The translations under genes were made by a program, and so were the position numbers. From positions 1-47,971 of the forward strand of contig JBDRNV010000008.1 of the NCBI GenBank assembly GCA_043810695.1: a DNA stretch of 47,971 nucleotides. Reading direction: 5' to 3'. Every line of letters begins with the position of its first letter. Within the stretch, counting starts at the first letter, position 1. This document shows positions 10,950-19,167 of the stretch, in pieces. The notes below the pieces were generated by a model. The model was not told the origin of the DNA. It did not search any database and saw only the letters and a program-made list of their open reading frames with translations. The stretch comes from Nanobdellota archaeon. Its GTDB lineage: Archaea > Nanobdellota > Nanobdellia > Pacearchaeales > GW2011-AR1.

Positions 10950-11129
10950 CTCTTTTTCTTGTATATCTTAATTTCATAATATTTATAAATGTTTCTTTTA
11001 CAAATTTTTTTCCGTTTGACTAAATTTTATAAATCTTTTTTGGTTTTTTGAAATTCTTGACGACATATCAATTATTTTCTACGAAAAAATGGTTCGTGGA
11101 AAAATTAATATTTTTTAACAGCATATCTT

Positions 11130-11137
11130 TTTATATA
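11130..11137 (+). promoter_or_regulatory. Putative TATA box for the tRNA 5' piece at 11162
   Basis: TTTATATA 25-32 nt upstream of GCCCTCA. Confidence 0.5.
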
Positions 11138-11161
11138 CAATCTAGTTCAAAATACTAATAA

Positions 11162-11185
11162 GCCCTCATAGTTCAACGGATAGAA
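11162..11185 (+). tRNA. 5' fragment (acceptor 5' strand plus D-arm) of an interrupted tRNA, Arg-like
   Basis: GCCCTCA-TA-GTTC-AACGGATA-GAA; GCCCTCA pairs 7/7 (one G-U) with TGGGGGC at 12438-12444. Confidence 0.75.
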
Positions 11186-11188
11186 ATA

Positions 11189-11196
11189 TTTATATA
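11189..11196 (+). promoter_or_regulatory. Putative TATA box of the LAGLIDADG ORF, just inside the insertion
   Basis: TTTATATA 22-29 nt upstream of the ATG at 11218 (leaderless-type spacing). Confidence 0.5.
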
Positions 11197-11217
11197 GAGT
11201 TGTTTCTTTTAATATAA

Positions 11218-12348
11218 ATGCGAGTTTTATTGGAAAAAGAATCTCGAAGAGAACTATTCAATTATTTAATGAAACAAAATAAAGTTTTCAACTTAATAGA
11301 ATTAGCAAAAAAAATGAATATTCCTTACAAAACAATAAACAGTTGGCGTTACAACTACAAAAAATATCTTCCTAATAATATTTTAAATGATTTTATAAAA
11401 AATTTAAAGATTTTGGATAAACAGCCAGATAACTGGGGGCAAATCAGGGGAGGAAAGATAGGAGGAAAGGAAAGTTCTAAACGGCTAAAAGAATTTTGGG
11501 GGAAAGAGAAATATCAAAAAATAAAGAAAGAGATTGGCAGAAAGGCAATTAAAAAACTTCAAAAGAAATATGGAATAGTTAAATTATCTCAAATGGCAAT
11601 TAATGGGAGATTAAAAAAGAGGAAAAAAAGAATTAGAGAATTAGAAGAAAAAAATAAAGAATTTTTTAGGGAACAGAAAATATTTTTGAATACAAAAGGC
11701 ATAAAATTTAGCAGGTATGATAAGATGAAGAACATCAAGTTGCCTTTTGAAATGTCATCTGAATTAGCAGAAGAAATAGGGATTCATCTTGGAGACGGAT
11801 GTCTTTCTTTTAATAGAAAATATTTTTCAGTTAAAACAAATAAAAAAGAAGAAAATTATATGATAAATTTTCTGTTTCCTTTATATAAAAAACTGTATAA
11901 TCTAGATTTAAAGTTAATGAAATTACCAAGCGTAGTTGGTTTCGAGATTTGCTCACAAACATTATTTGATTTTAAAAACAAAGTTTTAGGGATACCTTAT
12001 GGAAATAAGGTTGAGAAAATTGAAGTTCCTAAAGTAATAACAGAATCACAAAACAAAGAAATATACCGGGCTTTTATCAGGGGTTTATTTGATACTGATG
12101 GGTGTGTTAACATAATAAAATCAAAAAAGAATTATCCGGTAATAACCTTTACAATAAAATCTAAGAAGCTTATATCACAAACAAAAGAAATGTTGATAAG
12201 GTTAGGATTTATTCCTTATGCAGGAAAATGGAGAATAGACATAAATGGGAAATTTATGTTAAATAAATGGCTTGAAGAAATAGGTTCAAATAATCCAAAA
12301 AATCTTGTTAGATTAAAACAGGCGAGTGGTTCAACCAGGATAGAATAG
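11218..12348 (+). CDS. Free-standing two-motif LAGLIDADG homing endonuclease with N-terminal HTH-like region
   Basis: LAEEIGIHLGDG and FIRGLFDTDG motifs; LAKKMNIPYKTINSW HTH; no intein splicing motifs; last 29 nt overlap the tRNA-Arg(GCG). Confidence 0.88.
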   Translation: MRVLLEKESRRELFNYLMKQNKVFNLIELAKKMNIPYKTINSWRYNYKKYLPNNILNDFIKNLKILDKQPDNWGQIRGGKIGGKESSKRLKEFWGKEKYQKIKKEIGRKAIKKLQKKYGIVKLSQMAINGRLKKRKKRIRELEEKNKEFFREQKIFLNTKGIKFSRYDKMKNIKLPFEMSSELAEEIGIHLGDGCLSFNRKYFSVKTNKKEENYMINFLFPLYKKLYNLDLKLMKLPSVVGFEICSQTLFDFKNKVLGIPYGNKVEKIEVPKVITESQNKEIYRAFIRGLFDTDGCVNIIKSKKNYPVITFTIKSKKLISQTKEMLIRLGFIPYAGKWRIDINGKFMLNKWLEEIGSNNPKNLVRLKQASGSTRIE

Positions 12349-12393
12349 CTCCTTGCGGAGGAGTTGATCAGGGTTCAAATCCCTGCTCGCCTA
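12320..12393 (+). tRNA. tRNA-Arg(GCG), intact
   Basis: AGGCGAG/CTCGCCT acceptor, GTTC/GAAT D-stem, GCTCC-TTGCGGA-GGAGT anticodon arm, CAGGG-TTCAAAT-CCCTG T-arm. Confidence 0.92.
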
Positions 12394-12403
12394 TTCTCAA
12401 ATT

Positions 12404-12445
12404 TTCTAAGGGGTTAAGATCGAGGTTCGAATCCTCGTGGGGGCA
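12404..12445 (+). tRNA. 3' fragment (anticodon 3' strand, variable loop, T-arm, acceptor 3' strand) of the interrupted tRNA
   Basis: TTCTAAGGGGTTAAGAT-CGAGG-TTCGAAT-CCTCG-TGGGGGC-A; perfect T-arm; acceptor complementary to 11162-11168; left boundary uncertain. Confidence 0.75.
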
Positions 12446-12490
12446 TTGAATAGAATAGTTCGTGTCCCTAATTATAAAGATTTTAGTTTT

Positions 12491-12841
12491 TTACTCTAAA
12501 TCTTCCAAATCATTTTTTATTTTTTGAATTTGTTTTTTTAAAGTTGGAAGATCTTCTTTAATTACTTCCCATACTTTATCTAAGTCTACCCCAAAATATC
12601 CATGAACCATAACATCTCTAAATCCAGAAATATCTTTCCACTGAACTTCAGGATATTTTGTTATAAAATCTATTGGAAGATTTTTAACAGCCTCTCCAAT
12701 TATCTCTAATCTTCTTATTGCAGCATCAATAAGTAATTTATTTGATTTAAAATTTTTTTTAGTTATTTTTATTATTGATTTTTCAATTAAATTTATATTT
12801 TCAATAATATCTTTAACAAAAAATATATTTTCTCTTTTCAT
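12491..12841 (-). CDS. HEPN (HepT/DUF86) RNase toxin
   Basis: DAAIRRLEIIGEA and RDVMVHGY (Rx4HxY) motifs. Confidence 0.9.
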   Translation of the reverse strand: MKRENIFFVKDIIENINLIEKSIIKITKKNFKSNKLLIDAAIRRLEIIGEAVKNLPIDFITKYPEVQWKDISGFRDVMVHGYFGVDLDKVWEVIKEDLPTLKKQIQKIKNDLEDLE

Positions 12842-13311
12842 ATTATTCTAACCTCATCATCTAATATGTTCTTTTTAAGCTCTGGCCTAATCATTTTATA
12901 TTCAACCAAGTCTACTTTTTTTCTAAGAGCATCCTGCAACTCATTTTTGATATGAATAAAACCCAATAAACTCATTTTCTTATTAGAAATTTCAACAAGT
13001 ATATCCACATCACTATCTTCTTTCTGTTCTCCTTTGACATAACTCCCAAAAATTCCTGCCCTTTTTATTTTATTTTTCTTTAAAATTTCAATTATTTTAG
13101 ATTTTATATTTGACAAGTTCTTATTTTCTTCCTTGTTTTTGTGTTCACGCAAACTTTTATCTGCTATTTCTTCAGCCCTTTTTAAGTCAAACTTTTTTAA
13201 ATCTTTTCCAAGATAGATTCTTTTCTTCCTAAATTTTTTACCTTCCCTTGAATTTCTGACCCTATAATAGTACTTTCTTTTATTTTTTTCTTTAATTTCA
13301 GTATATGTCAT
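12838..13311 (-). CDS. Minimal nucleotidyltransferase (MNT/MntA) antitoxin with basic N-terminal extension
   Basis: FGSYVKGEQKEDSDVD (GSx10DxD), KVDLV; ATGA overlap with the HEPN gene. Confidence 0.9.
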   Translation of the reverse strand: MTYTEIKEKNKRKYYYRVRNSREGKKFRKKRIYLGKDLKKFDLKRAEEIADKSLREHKNKEENKNLSNIKSKIIEILKKNKIKRAGIFGSYVKGEQKEDSDVDILVEISNKKMSLLGFIHIKNELQDALRKKVDLVEYKMIRPELKKNILDDEVRII

Positions 13312-13319
13312 GATTTTTA

Positions 13320-13360
13320 TACGGGCACAATATTTATAAAACTTTCTGTTTGTGCACGTA
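13320..13360. promoter_or_regulatory. Inverted repeat bracketing the TATA box of the MNT-HEPN operon (candidate operator)
   Basis: TACGGGCACAA (13320-13330) and TTGTGCACGTA (13350-13360) are 10/11 complementary; the spacer holds TTTATAAATA on the - strand. Confidence 0.6.
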
Positions 13361-13413
13361 AAGGGATTAATAAATATGGATTAAAGAATATAAATCTCTG
13401 AAGAAGATATTTG

Positions 13414-13492
13414 GGTGACTACAAAAGAGAAAAGTGTGGTCACCTGTTCCCCAATCCCCTTTTCACGCCCTATTGTAGTCTCGCGGGGGCGT
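13414..13492. other. GC-rich intergenic element with two hairpins and an alternative pairing (candidate ncRNA or tRNA relic)
   Basis: GGTGACTAC/GTGGTCACC stem; ACGCCC/GGGCGT stem; GACTACAA (13417-24) complementary to TTGTAGTC (13473-80). Confidence 0.4.
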
Positions 13493-13623
13493 TTATCCTT
13501 AGGATTAACTAATCGTAGAATGTTCATAATAATCACTAAACAATTTTAATTGAACTCCTTTATAACAATAACTAAAATATACCCAAATAAAAAGTTTATA
13601 AAAACTAAAAATAGTAAGAATAT

Positions 13624-14019
13624 ATGATGAATGATTATAAAAGTCATCCCACATTAACTCATCGCTGGAATCGCGGACAAAGAGCAGCGGATAAAGTAAC
13701 AGAATGGATTGGCTCATGGAAATTTATTATTATTTTTATATTTTTTCTGATAATCTGGACAGCAATTAATGCTTACTTCTTCATGGAATATTCACTAGGA
13801 AAACCATGGGACCCTTATCCATTTATTTTATTAAATCTTATTCTCTCCTGTATTGCTGCACTTCAAGCGCCAATAATTTTAATGTCTCAAAACAGAGAAA
13901 CTCAAAAAGACAGATTAAGAGCACAATATGATTATCAGGTAAACAAAAAAGCAGAAAAAGAAATTGAAGAATTAATGAAAGAAGTAAAAGAAATAAAAAC
14001 AATGATTAAAAAGAAATAA
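13624..14019 (+). CDS. DUF1003 membrane protein
   Basis: ADKVTEWIGSWKF, WDPYPFILLNLILS, QAPIILMSQNR. Confidence 0.9.
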   Translation: MMNDYKSHPTLTHRWNRGQRAADKVTEWIGSWKFIIIFIFFLIIWTAINAYFFMEYSLGKPWDPYPFILLNLILSCIAALQAPIILMSQNRETQKDRLRAQYDYQVNKKAEKEIEELMKEVKEIKTMIKKK

Positions 14020-14159
14020 ACTTATTCTAAGATTAAATACTTATTATAGCATAACCAAATCATAGAAGACTTCAATAGCTATTAATATACATCAATAAGA
14101 TTGCATTAGAAAATGTTGAAGAAAGGTGGTTTTTTAAATTAATAATCATTTAGTTCTAT

Positions 14160-16364
14160 GTGGGAAAAGGAGCTGCGTTTTTAAGATTTGTAATATGCCT
14201 AATCTTGGGCTTTTTGCCATCTTTTATATTTGTAATTTTGTTAGTTCAATCAGGTTCCCCTTTTACTAATTATATAAACTTCTTAAAAGATTTCAATTCT
14301 TCTTGGTGGGCTTGGGCGTGTGCCGGAGGTTTAATTATTTTTCTTTATTTATTTTGGAGTTCTATTATCTATTTAAAAAATCCGGAAAATAAAGGTGGTA
14401 GAAAAGTCACATTAACAATTTTTGTTTTTATATGTGCAATAATTTTATTTTTGATATTAACGCAGGTTTATTTGTATGGGCAATTTTTCTTAGGCAGTGA
14501 CTTATTAATAAAACTCTCTTCAGATAAAGATAATTTATTTTTTAGCGAAAATCAGGCTCAGGATGTTACTTTTAAGATTTCTGCAACAATGAATCCTTTT
14601 TGTGTTGCAGAATGCAACTATGAATTTGTTGATTTAAGTTCTGGAAATTTAATAGAAACTGGTAATTTTAATATTGTTTCAATTTTTTTAAAATTAAAGA
14701 CTTATTCATTTAATAGAACAGAAACAAATGAAAGTCAGAAGCTTGCTAGATTTTATATAAGATGCAAAACAGAGGAAGCTAGATTTTGTTACACTAAATC
14801 TAAAGAGATAGAAAGGTCAATTTTGATAACATTAAATTATGGATTAAATGAAGAAGAGAAAAAAATTATGGATGCTTCTAAAGAGAAAATTATAGACTTA
14901 AAAAAAACAAGCCTATTAATAGAACAAAATTTGAACGAATCCAACTTAAATATTATAGGGATAAATAATTTTTTTTCTACAAAAAATTCTTTAGATGAAT
15001 TTTCTAATCTGCAGAAAAAGGTTTTAATTTCAAATAATTCTATAATAAACCTTGAAGGATTATGGAAAGCTAAAAAAATAACAGAGATACAAGAAAAAAT
15101 TAATGAAACAGAAGCGATGCTTCAAGAAATTAATAAAAGTGGAACCTTACTAAGAGAAAATATTTTCTCAGATATTTATTTATATAACTCATTAATAGAT
15201 AATCTAACTAGCACAAGAGTTATATTAAATGAGATTTCTAAATTAAATTTAAATAATTTATTTTGTGAAGAATTTAAAGAAGAAGTTGAGAAATTTAATA
15301 TTTTAGTAGAAGAGTTTGCTAATGACTCAGATTTAAATAAAAAAGAACAAGATACAATAAAGCTTTTTGCTGAAATATTTTTATTTTATCAAGGAATTGA
15401 GGAATCTGAAGAAATTTGTTCTTTGGAAACACCTATCTCAGAAAAGAATTTTTCAAAGATAAATTTGATTTATCTGGACAAAATAGTTCCTGAAATATCT
15501 TTAGAAGAATCAGAGTCTATATGCTGTTTCTATGGAGAATGTGAAAGCTGTTGTGATAAAAATTGTTCAAATAAAAATTATCCTGTTATTTTCCTTCATG
15601 GACATAGTGTTAACAAAGCACTTCCAGCAGACTATAGTTTAGATGCTCTTGCAAAAATTAAGGAGAGATTATTCAAAGAAGGATATATTGATGCTGGAAC
15701 TTTGATAACTAGTACAGAAAAAGAACAGCCTGGATTATGGGGAAGAGTTAATTTTCCAGTAGCTGTAACAGCTAGTTATTTTTTTGATATTTATAAAACA
15801 GCAGATGGAGAAGAAACCACTATTCCTTCAAAAACAGACAGCATAGATACTTATGCAATAAGATTAAAGGATATAATTGAAACAATAAAATATAGAACAA
15901 ATAAAGATAAAGTAATTATTGTAGCACATAGTATGGGTGGATTAGTAACCAGAAGATATGTTCAGGTTTTTGGTGATTCAAATATAGAAAAAGCCATATT
16001 TATCACAATACCTAATCATGGAATAGATGGAAAAATCAGTGATTATTGCTCAATATTAGGAGAGAAGTCTACATGCAATGATATGAACAAAGATAGTATT
16101 TTTATAAACAAGTTGGACAATGCTCCTGCACCAGGATTCCCTATAGTAAACATTATCGGAATTGGATGTAACATGGGTTCTGAAACAGGAGACGGAATTG
16201 TAAAGAATTCAAGCCAATTTTTATCTTATGCCACAAATTATTATATTGGAGGAAAATGCAATGAATTGAACTTGGATTTTCTTCACAGCAATATAGTAAA
16301 TCCAGAACAGTATCCAGAAGTTTATGGGATAATTAAGAAAACGCTGAATAATTCTGGTTTGTAA
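14160..16364 (+). CDS. Membrane-anchored protein: 3 TM helices, helical stalk, Cys cluster, C-terminal alpha/beta-hydrolase (lipase/PGAP1-like)
   Basis: PVIFLHGH, IIVAHSMGGL nucleophile elbow, PNHG, GDGIV, His in FLHS. Confidence 0.8.
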   Translation: MGKGAAFLRFVICLILGFLPSFIFVILLVQSGSPFTNYINFLKDFNSSWWAWACAGGLIIFLYLFWSSIIYLKNPENKGGRKVTLTIFVFICAIILFLILTQVYLYGQFFLGSDLLIKLSSDKDNLFFSENQAQDVTFKISATMNPFCVAECNYEFVDLSSGNLIETGNFNIVSIFLKLKTYSFNRTETNESQKLARFYIRCKTEEARFCYTKSKEIERSILITLNYGLNEEEKKIMDASKEKIIDLKKTSLLIEQNLNESNLNIIGINNFFSTKNSLDEFSNLQKKVLISNNSIINLEGLWKAKKITEIQEKINETEAMLQEINKSGTLLRENIFSDIYLYNSLIDNLTSTRVILNEISKLNLNNLFCEEFKEEVEKFNILVEEFANDSDLNKKEQDTIKLFAEIFLFYQGIEESEEICSLETPISEKNFSKINLIYLDKIVPEISLEESESICCFYGECESCCDKNCSNKNYPVIFLHGHSVNKALPADYSLDALAKIKERLFKEGYIDAGTLITSTEKEQPGLWGRVNFPVAVTASYFFDIYKTADGEETTIPSKTDSIDTYAIRLKDIIETIKYRTNKDKVIIVAHSMGGLVTRRYVQVFGDSNIEKAIFITIPNHGIDGKISDYCSILGEKSTCNDMNKDSIFINKLDNAPAPGFPIVNIIGIGCNMGSETGDGIVKNSSQFLSYATNYYIGGKCNELNLDFLHSNIVNPEQYPEVYGIIKKTLNNSGL

Positions 16365-16393
16365 AAGATTTCTAAAGATTTATATGATGGTTA

Positions 16394-16630
16394 CTACTTT
16401 TTTAACAAAGAAGCAATACCATTAATCAATAAACCAATACTCAATAATACAAATAAATAGATTAGGTTTGAATCCTGTAACATTGTTGCGGCAATAATCA
16501 CCATTAATGCAAGTGGAATCTCTAAAGCATAACCTGTTTTCTTAAGACTTTTAGTGGTAAGAAATACTGCTAAAAAAACTATTATTTCAACAATTACAAG
16601 AACAGGAAACCATCCAATTTGAAATGCCAT
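16394..16630 (-). CDS. Small 3-TM membrane protein
   Basis: Start re-assigned to MAFQIG at 16630, which has GGAGGA upstream and avoids overlap with radA. Confidence 0.6.
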   Translation of the reverse strand: MAFQIGWFPVLVIVEIIVFLAVFLTTKSLKKTGYALEIPLALMVIIAATMLQDSNLIYLFVLLSIGLLINGIASLLKK

Positions 16631-16695
16631 AATATCCTCCTTTAATAGATTAATTAACAGAAGGTATATAAATTTTCCTATAAGAAATTTAAAAA

Positions 16696-19167
16696 TCAAG
16701 CCTCATCAACAACACCGGCATCTGTCACATTAAAGATAATTTCGTTTTCAGGAAGATTTGGAGAGTCTATTAGTTTTGCAACTCGACTGCCTGCTTTCCC
16801 TCTTCTCAAATATATTCTGTATGTTGAATTATGCACAATAAATCCGTTCGCAATATAATTCTCATGTGAAGGAACAGAGAAATCATAAAACAATTCTCTC
16901 TTCTCGTTATTTTTAATATCAATCTCTCTTATTTTCTCAAACCTAATCCCTGAGCTCAAAATTTTAAAGATAAATTCTATTTTTTGTTTCACTTGTCTGT
17001 CTTTAATTTCAACGTTCATTAAAGATTTGAAAGCCTTTTCAAGCTCGTTTCTACTAATCCATTGATAGTTTGAAGGTCTTGGTCTAATAATTTTAGAATA
17101 TTGCAACCCTGCTAATTCCAAAAGCTCTCTTAATTCTTTTCTTTTTATGGGCATCATTTCGTAAGAGTATTTTTCTTCAAGGATTTTAACGGCTTCTATC
17201 AGCCTTGCCTGTTTATCTACTGCTGTAAACCCTATCTGTAAATAGCCTTTAACATCTTTATCAATAATTCTCAGAACAGCCATTTTTTTGCTGCCAATAT
17301 CAAACTTGATTGTGCTTCTTATTCCCAGCCTAAGCAAAAACAATTGTAAGTATTGAAGAATTTTAGTTTGTTTCTGAGAAACTGAAATATATGCTCTCTT
17401 TTTATTTATATGCCCTTCTGCGTCAAAAAATCCTTTAATAAACCTGAGAACAACATCGTCTCTACTCTTTCCAACATAATTAAAAATATCATTAATAACT
17501 AAAACAAATAAATCTCTAATCTCCTTCGAATTAATAGACAAAGTATAGCAATTCTTATTTTTCATTTTACTTATATTTCCGGGGATGCTAAAAACATTTT
17601 TGAACAAAGAATTATAAAAATTCAAAACACCTAATCTTTCATCTCTGAATCTTAAACCTCCTGCCTCAAAATTTCCATCTCCGATAAAATATCCGAAAAT
17701 TTGAGCAAGTTGAGGGATCATAATTTCCGGCATAGCTAAATCCTTATATTTATTGGTATAAACTGGTAAAAGCTGTAGTTGTAATCTGCCTGAAAAATAG
17801 TTTTCTAATTTATTTAAAGTTTCAAAATTAGTTGGATAAGACTGGTTTAAAACTCTTCTAAATTGTCTTGCATTTATCCCAATTTTTTCACAAATTTCCT
17901 TTCTTGTTGTATTTTCTTTTTTTAATTCTCCTATAATTTTATTTGAATCTTTTTTAGAGATTAAACCAATTTTCTTAATATTCATAATAGGCAATCTTTG
18001 TTCTTCTCCTTCAATCTCTATTTTACCTGCTTGAGCAATAAAATCTCCGGCTTTCAAATCCTTAGCTTCTTTCTCAACTACAGAAAAATCCTCAATTGTA
18101 AAAAACCTGTGCAAAGAAGAGCAATTTATTTGATTATTAGTTTTAATAGTATAAGTCTTATCAATATTTGGATTAACAAATACAAATTCAGAATCAGCAT
18201 CATTCAATTTCATATTATTAAAATTATTTGATAAAACTTTTTCTTGCCCCATATTTTTAATTTCTTTTATTGAGCCATCTGCCAATTGTATTAAACTGTC
18301 TCCTGTCAAACAAGCATGTCCTACAATATGCCCGCCAATTGCTGTTGTTGGATCTCCAAAAATCTGTGCTGGATTTGCCATTACTTGATTTGTAACATAA
18401 ACAGCTAGATTATATGTCTCTGCAAGCTTCATAAGCTGATGAATATATCTGTTAAGCTTCTGCTGTCTGTCTGCAAGCTGCCCTCTTCCTGAGAATTCTG
18501 CACGGAAATGAGCTGTTAGTGAATCAATAATAAGAATTTTTATTTGTTCTCCATTTTTAATCATCTCTGAAATTTTATCAAGTAAAAGAATCTGATGGTC
18601 AGAATTAAAAGCTCGAGCAACAAGAATATTTTTCAAAACTTTCTCTGGATTTGCACCGAGTTTTTCTGCAATTTGTTTTATTCTTGCAGGCCTAAAAGTT
18701 CCTTCTGTATCAATGAAAACACATTTTCCATTTGCACCCCCTTTTTCTAAAGGAAACTGAACATTTACAGCAAGTGTCAGACCAACCTGGGTTTTTCCAG
18801 AACCATAAGCGCCGAAAGCCTCTGTTATTGCTCTCGATTCAACACCTCTTCCGCCAAGAAGAGAATCAAAATTTTTGCTTCCTGTTGTTATTGTAAGCAC
18901 GCTTTCTCTTTTTTTTGCATATTCTATTCCGTCCATAAATCCCAAGTCAAGCATGTTTCGTGCAGCCTGAATTATCTTTCTTGCAACAGCAGCGCTCACG
19001 CCTGCTAAATCAGATAAATCAGAAGGAGTCATTACTGCAATTGACATTAAATCATAAATTCCAGCTGCCTCTAACTTTGCAGAAACAGCAGGTCCAACAC
19101 CTGGTAAATCAGTAATCTTGGGTTCTGTAATTGCAGAAGCAGATTTTTCTTCCTCTTCCTTTACCAT
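16696..19167 (-). CDS. radA: DNA repair/recombination protein RadA, intein-containing (328 aa after splicing)
   Basis: HhH DLPGVG, Walker A GAYGSGKT, IDTEGTFRP, IIDS, TNQV, GGHIVGHA|STYRIYLR. Confidence 0.96.
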   Translation of the reverse strand: MVKEEEEKSASAITEPKITDLPGVGPAVSAKLEAAGIYDLMSIAVMTPSDLSDLAGVSAAVARKIIQAARNMLDLGFMDGIEYAKKRESVLTITTGSKNFDSLLGGRGVESRAITEAFGAYGSGKTQVGLTLAVNVQFPLEKGGANGKCVFIDTEGTFRPARIKQIAEKLGANPEKVLKNILVARAFNSDHQILLLDKISEMIKNGEQIKILIIDSLTAHFRAEFSGRGQLADRQQKLNRYIHQLMKLAETYNLAVYVTNQVMANPAQIFGDPTTAIGGHIVGHACLTGDSLIQLADGSIKEIKNMGQEKVLSNNFNNMKLNDADSEFVFVNPNIDKTYTIKTNNQINCSSLHRFFTIEDFSVVEKEAKDLKAGDFIAQAGKIEIEGEEQRLPIMNIKKIGLISKKDSNKIIGELKKENTTRKEICEKIGINARQFRRVLNQSYPTNFETLNKLENYFSGRLQLQLLPVYTNKYKDLAMPEIMIPQLAQIFGYFIGDGNFEAGGLRFRDERLGVLNFYNSLFKNVFSIPGNISKMKNKNCYTLSINSKEIRDLFVLVINDIFNYVGKSRDDVVLRFIKGFFDAEGHINKKRAYISVSQKQTKILQYLQLFLLRLGIRSTIKFDIGSKKMAVLRIIDKDVKGYLQIGFTAVDKQARLIEAVKILEEKYSYEMMPIKRKELRELLELAGLQYSKIIRPRPSNYQWISRNELEKAFKSLMNVEIKDRQVKQKIEFIFKILSSGIRFEKIREIDIKNNEKRELFYDFSVPSHENYIANGFIVHNSTYRIYLRRGKAGSRVAKLIDSPNLPENEIIFNVTDAGVVDEA
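16828..18312 (-). mobile_element. Intein (495 aa) with LAGLIDADG homing endonuclease and HTH-like insert
   Basis: Starts CLTGD; block B SSLHRF; ends YDFSV...NYIANGFIVHN followed by Ser+1; motifs GYFIGDG and KGFFDAEG. Confidence 0.93.

Noticed and set aside
12143-12154. TAACC-TTTACAA inside the LAGLIDADG ORF as the missing anticodon exon (Val TAC) of the split tRNA
   Set aside because: It could pair with GGTTA at 12412-16, but it is a short match in AT-rich coding DNA with no visible splice motif, and the outer D-arm looks Arg-like; probably chance.
11218-12348. LAGLIDADG ORF as an intein or intein fragment
   Set aside because: No N-terminal Cys/Ser block, no terminal His-Asn and no flanking extein.
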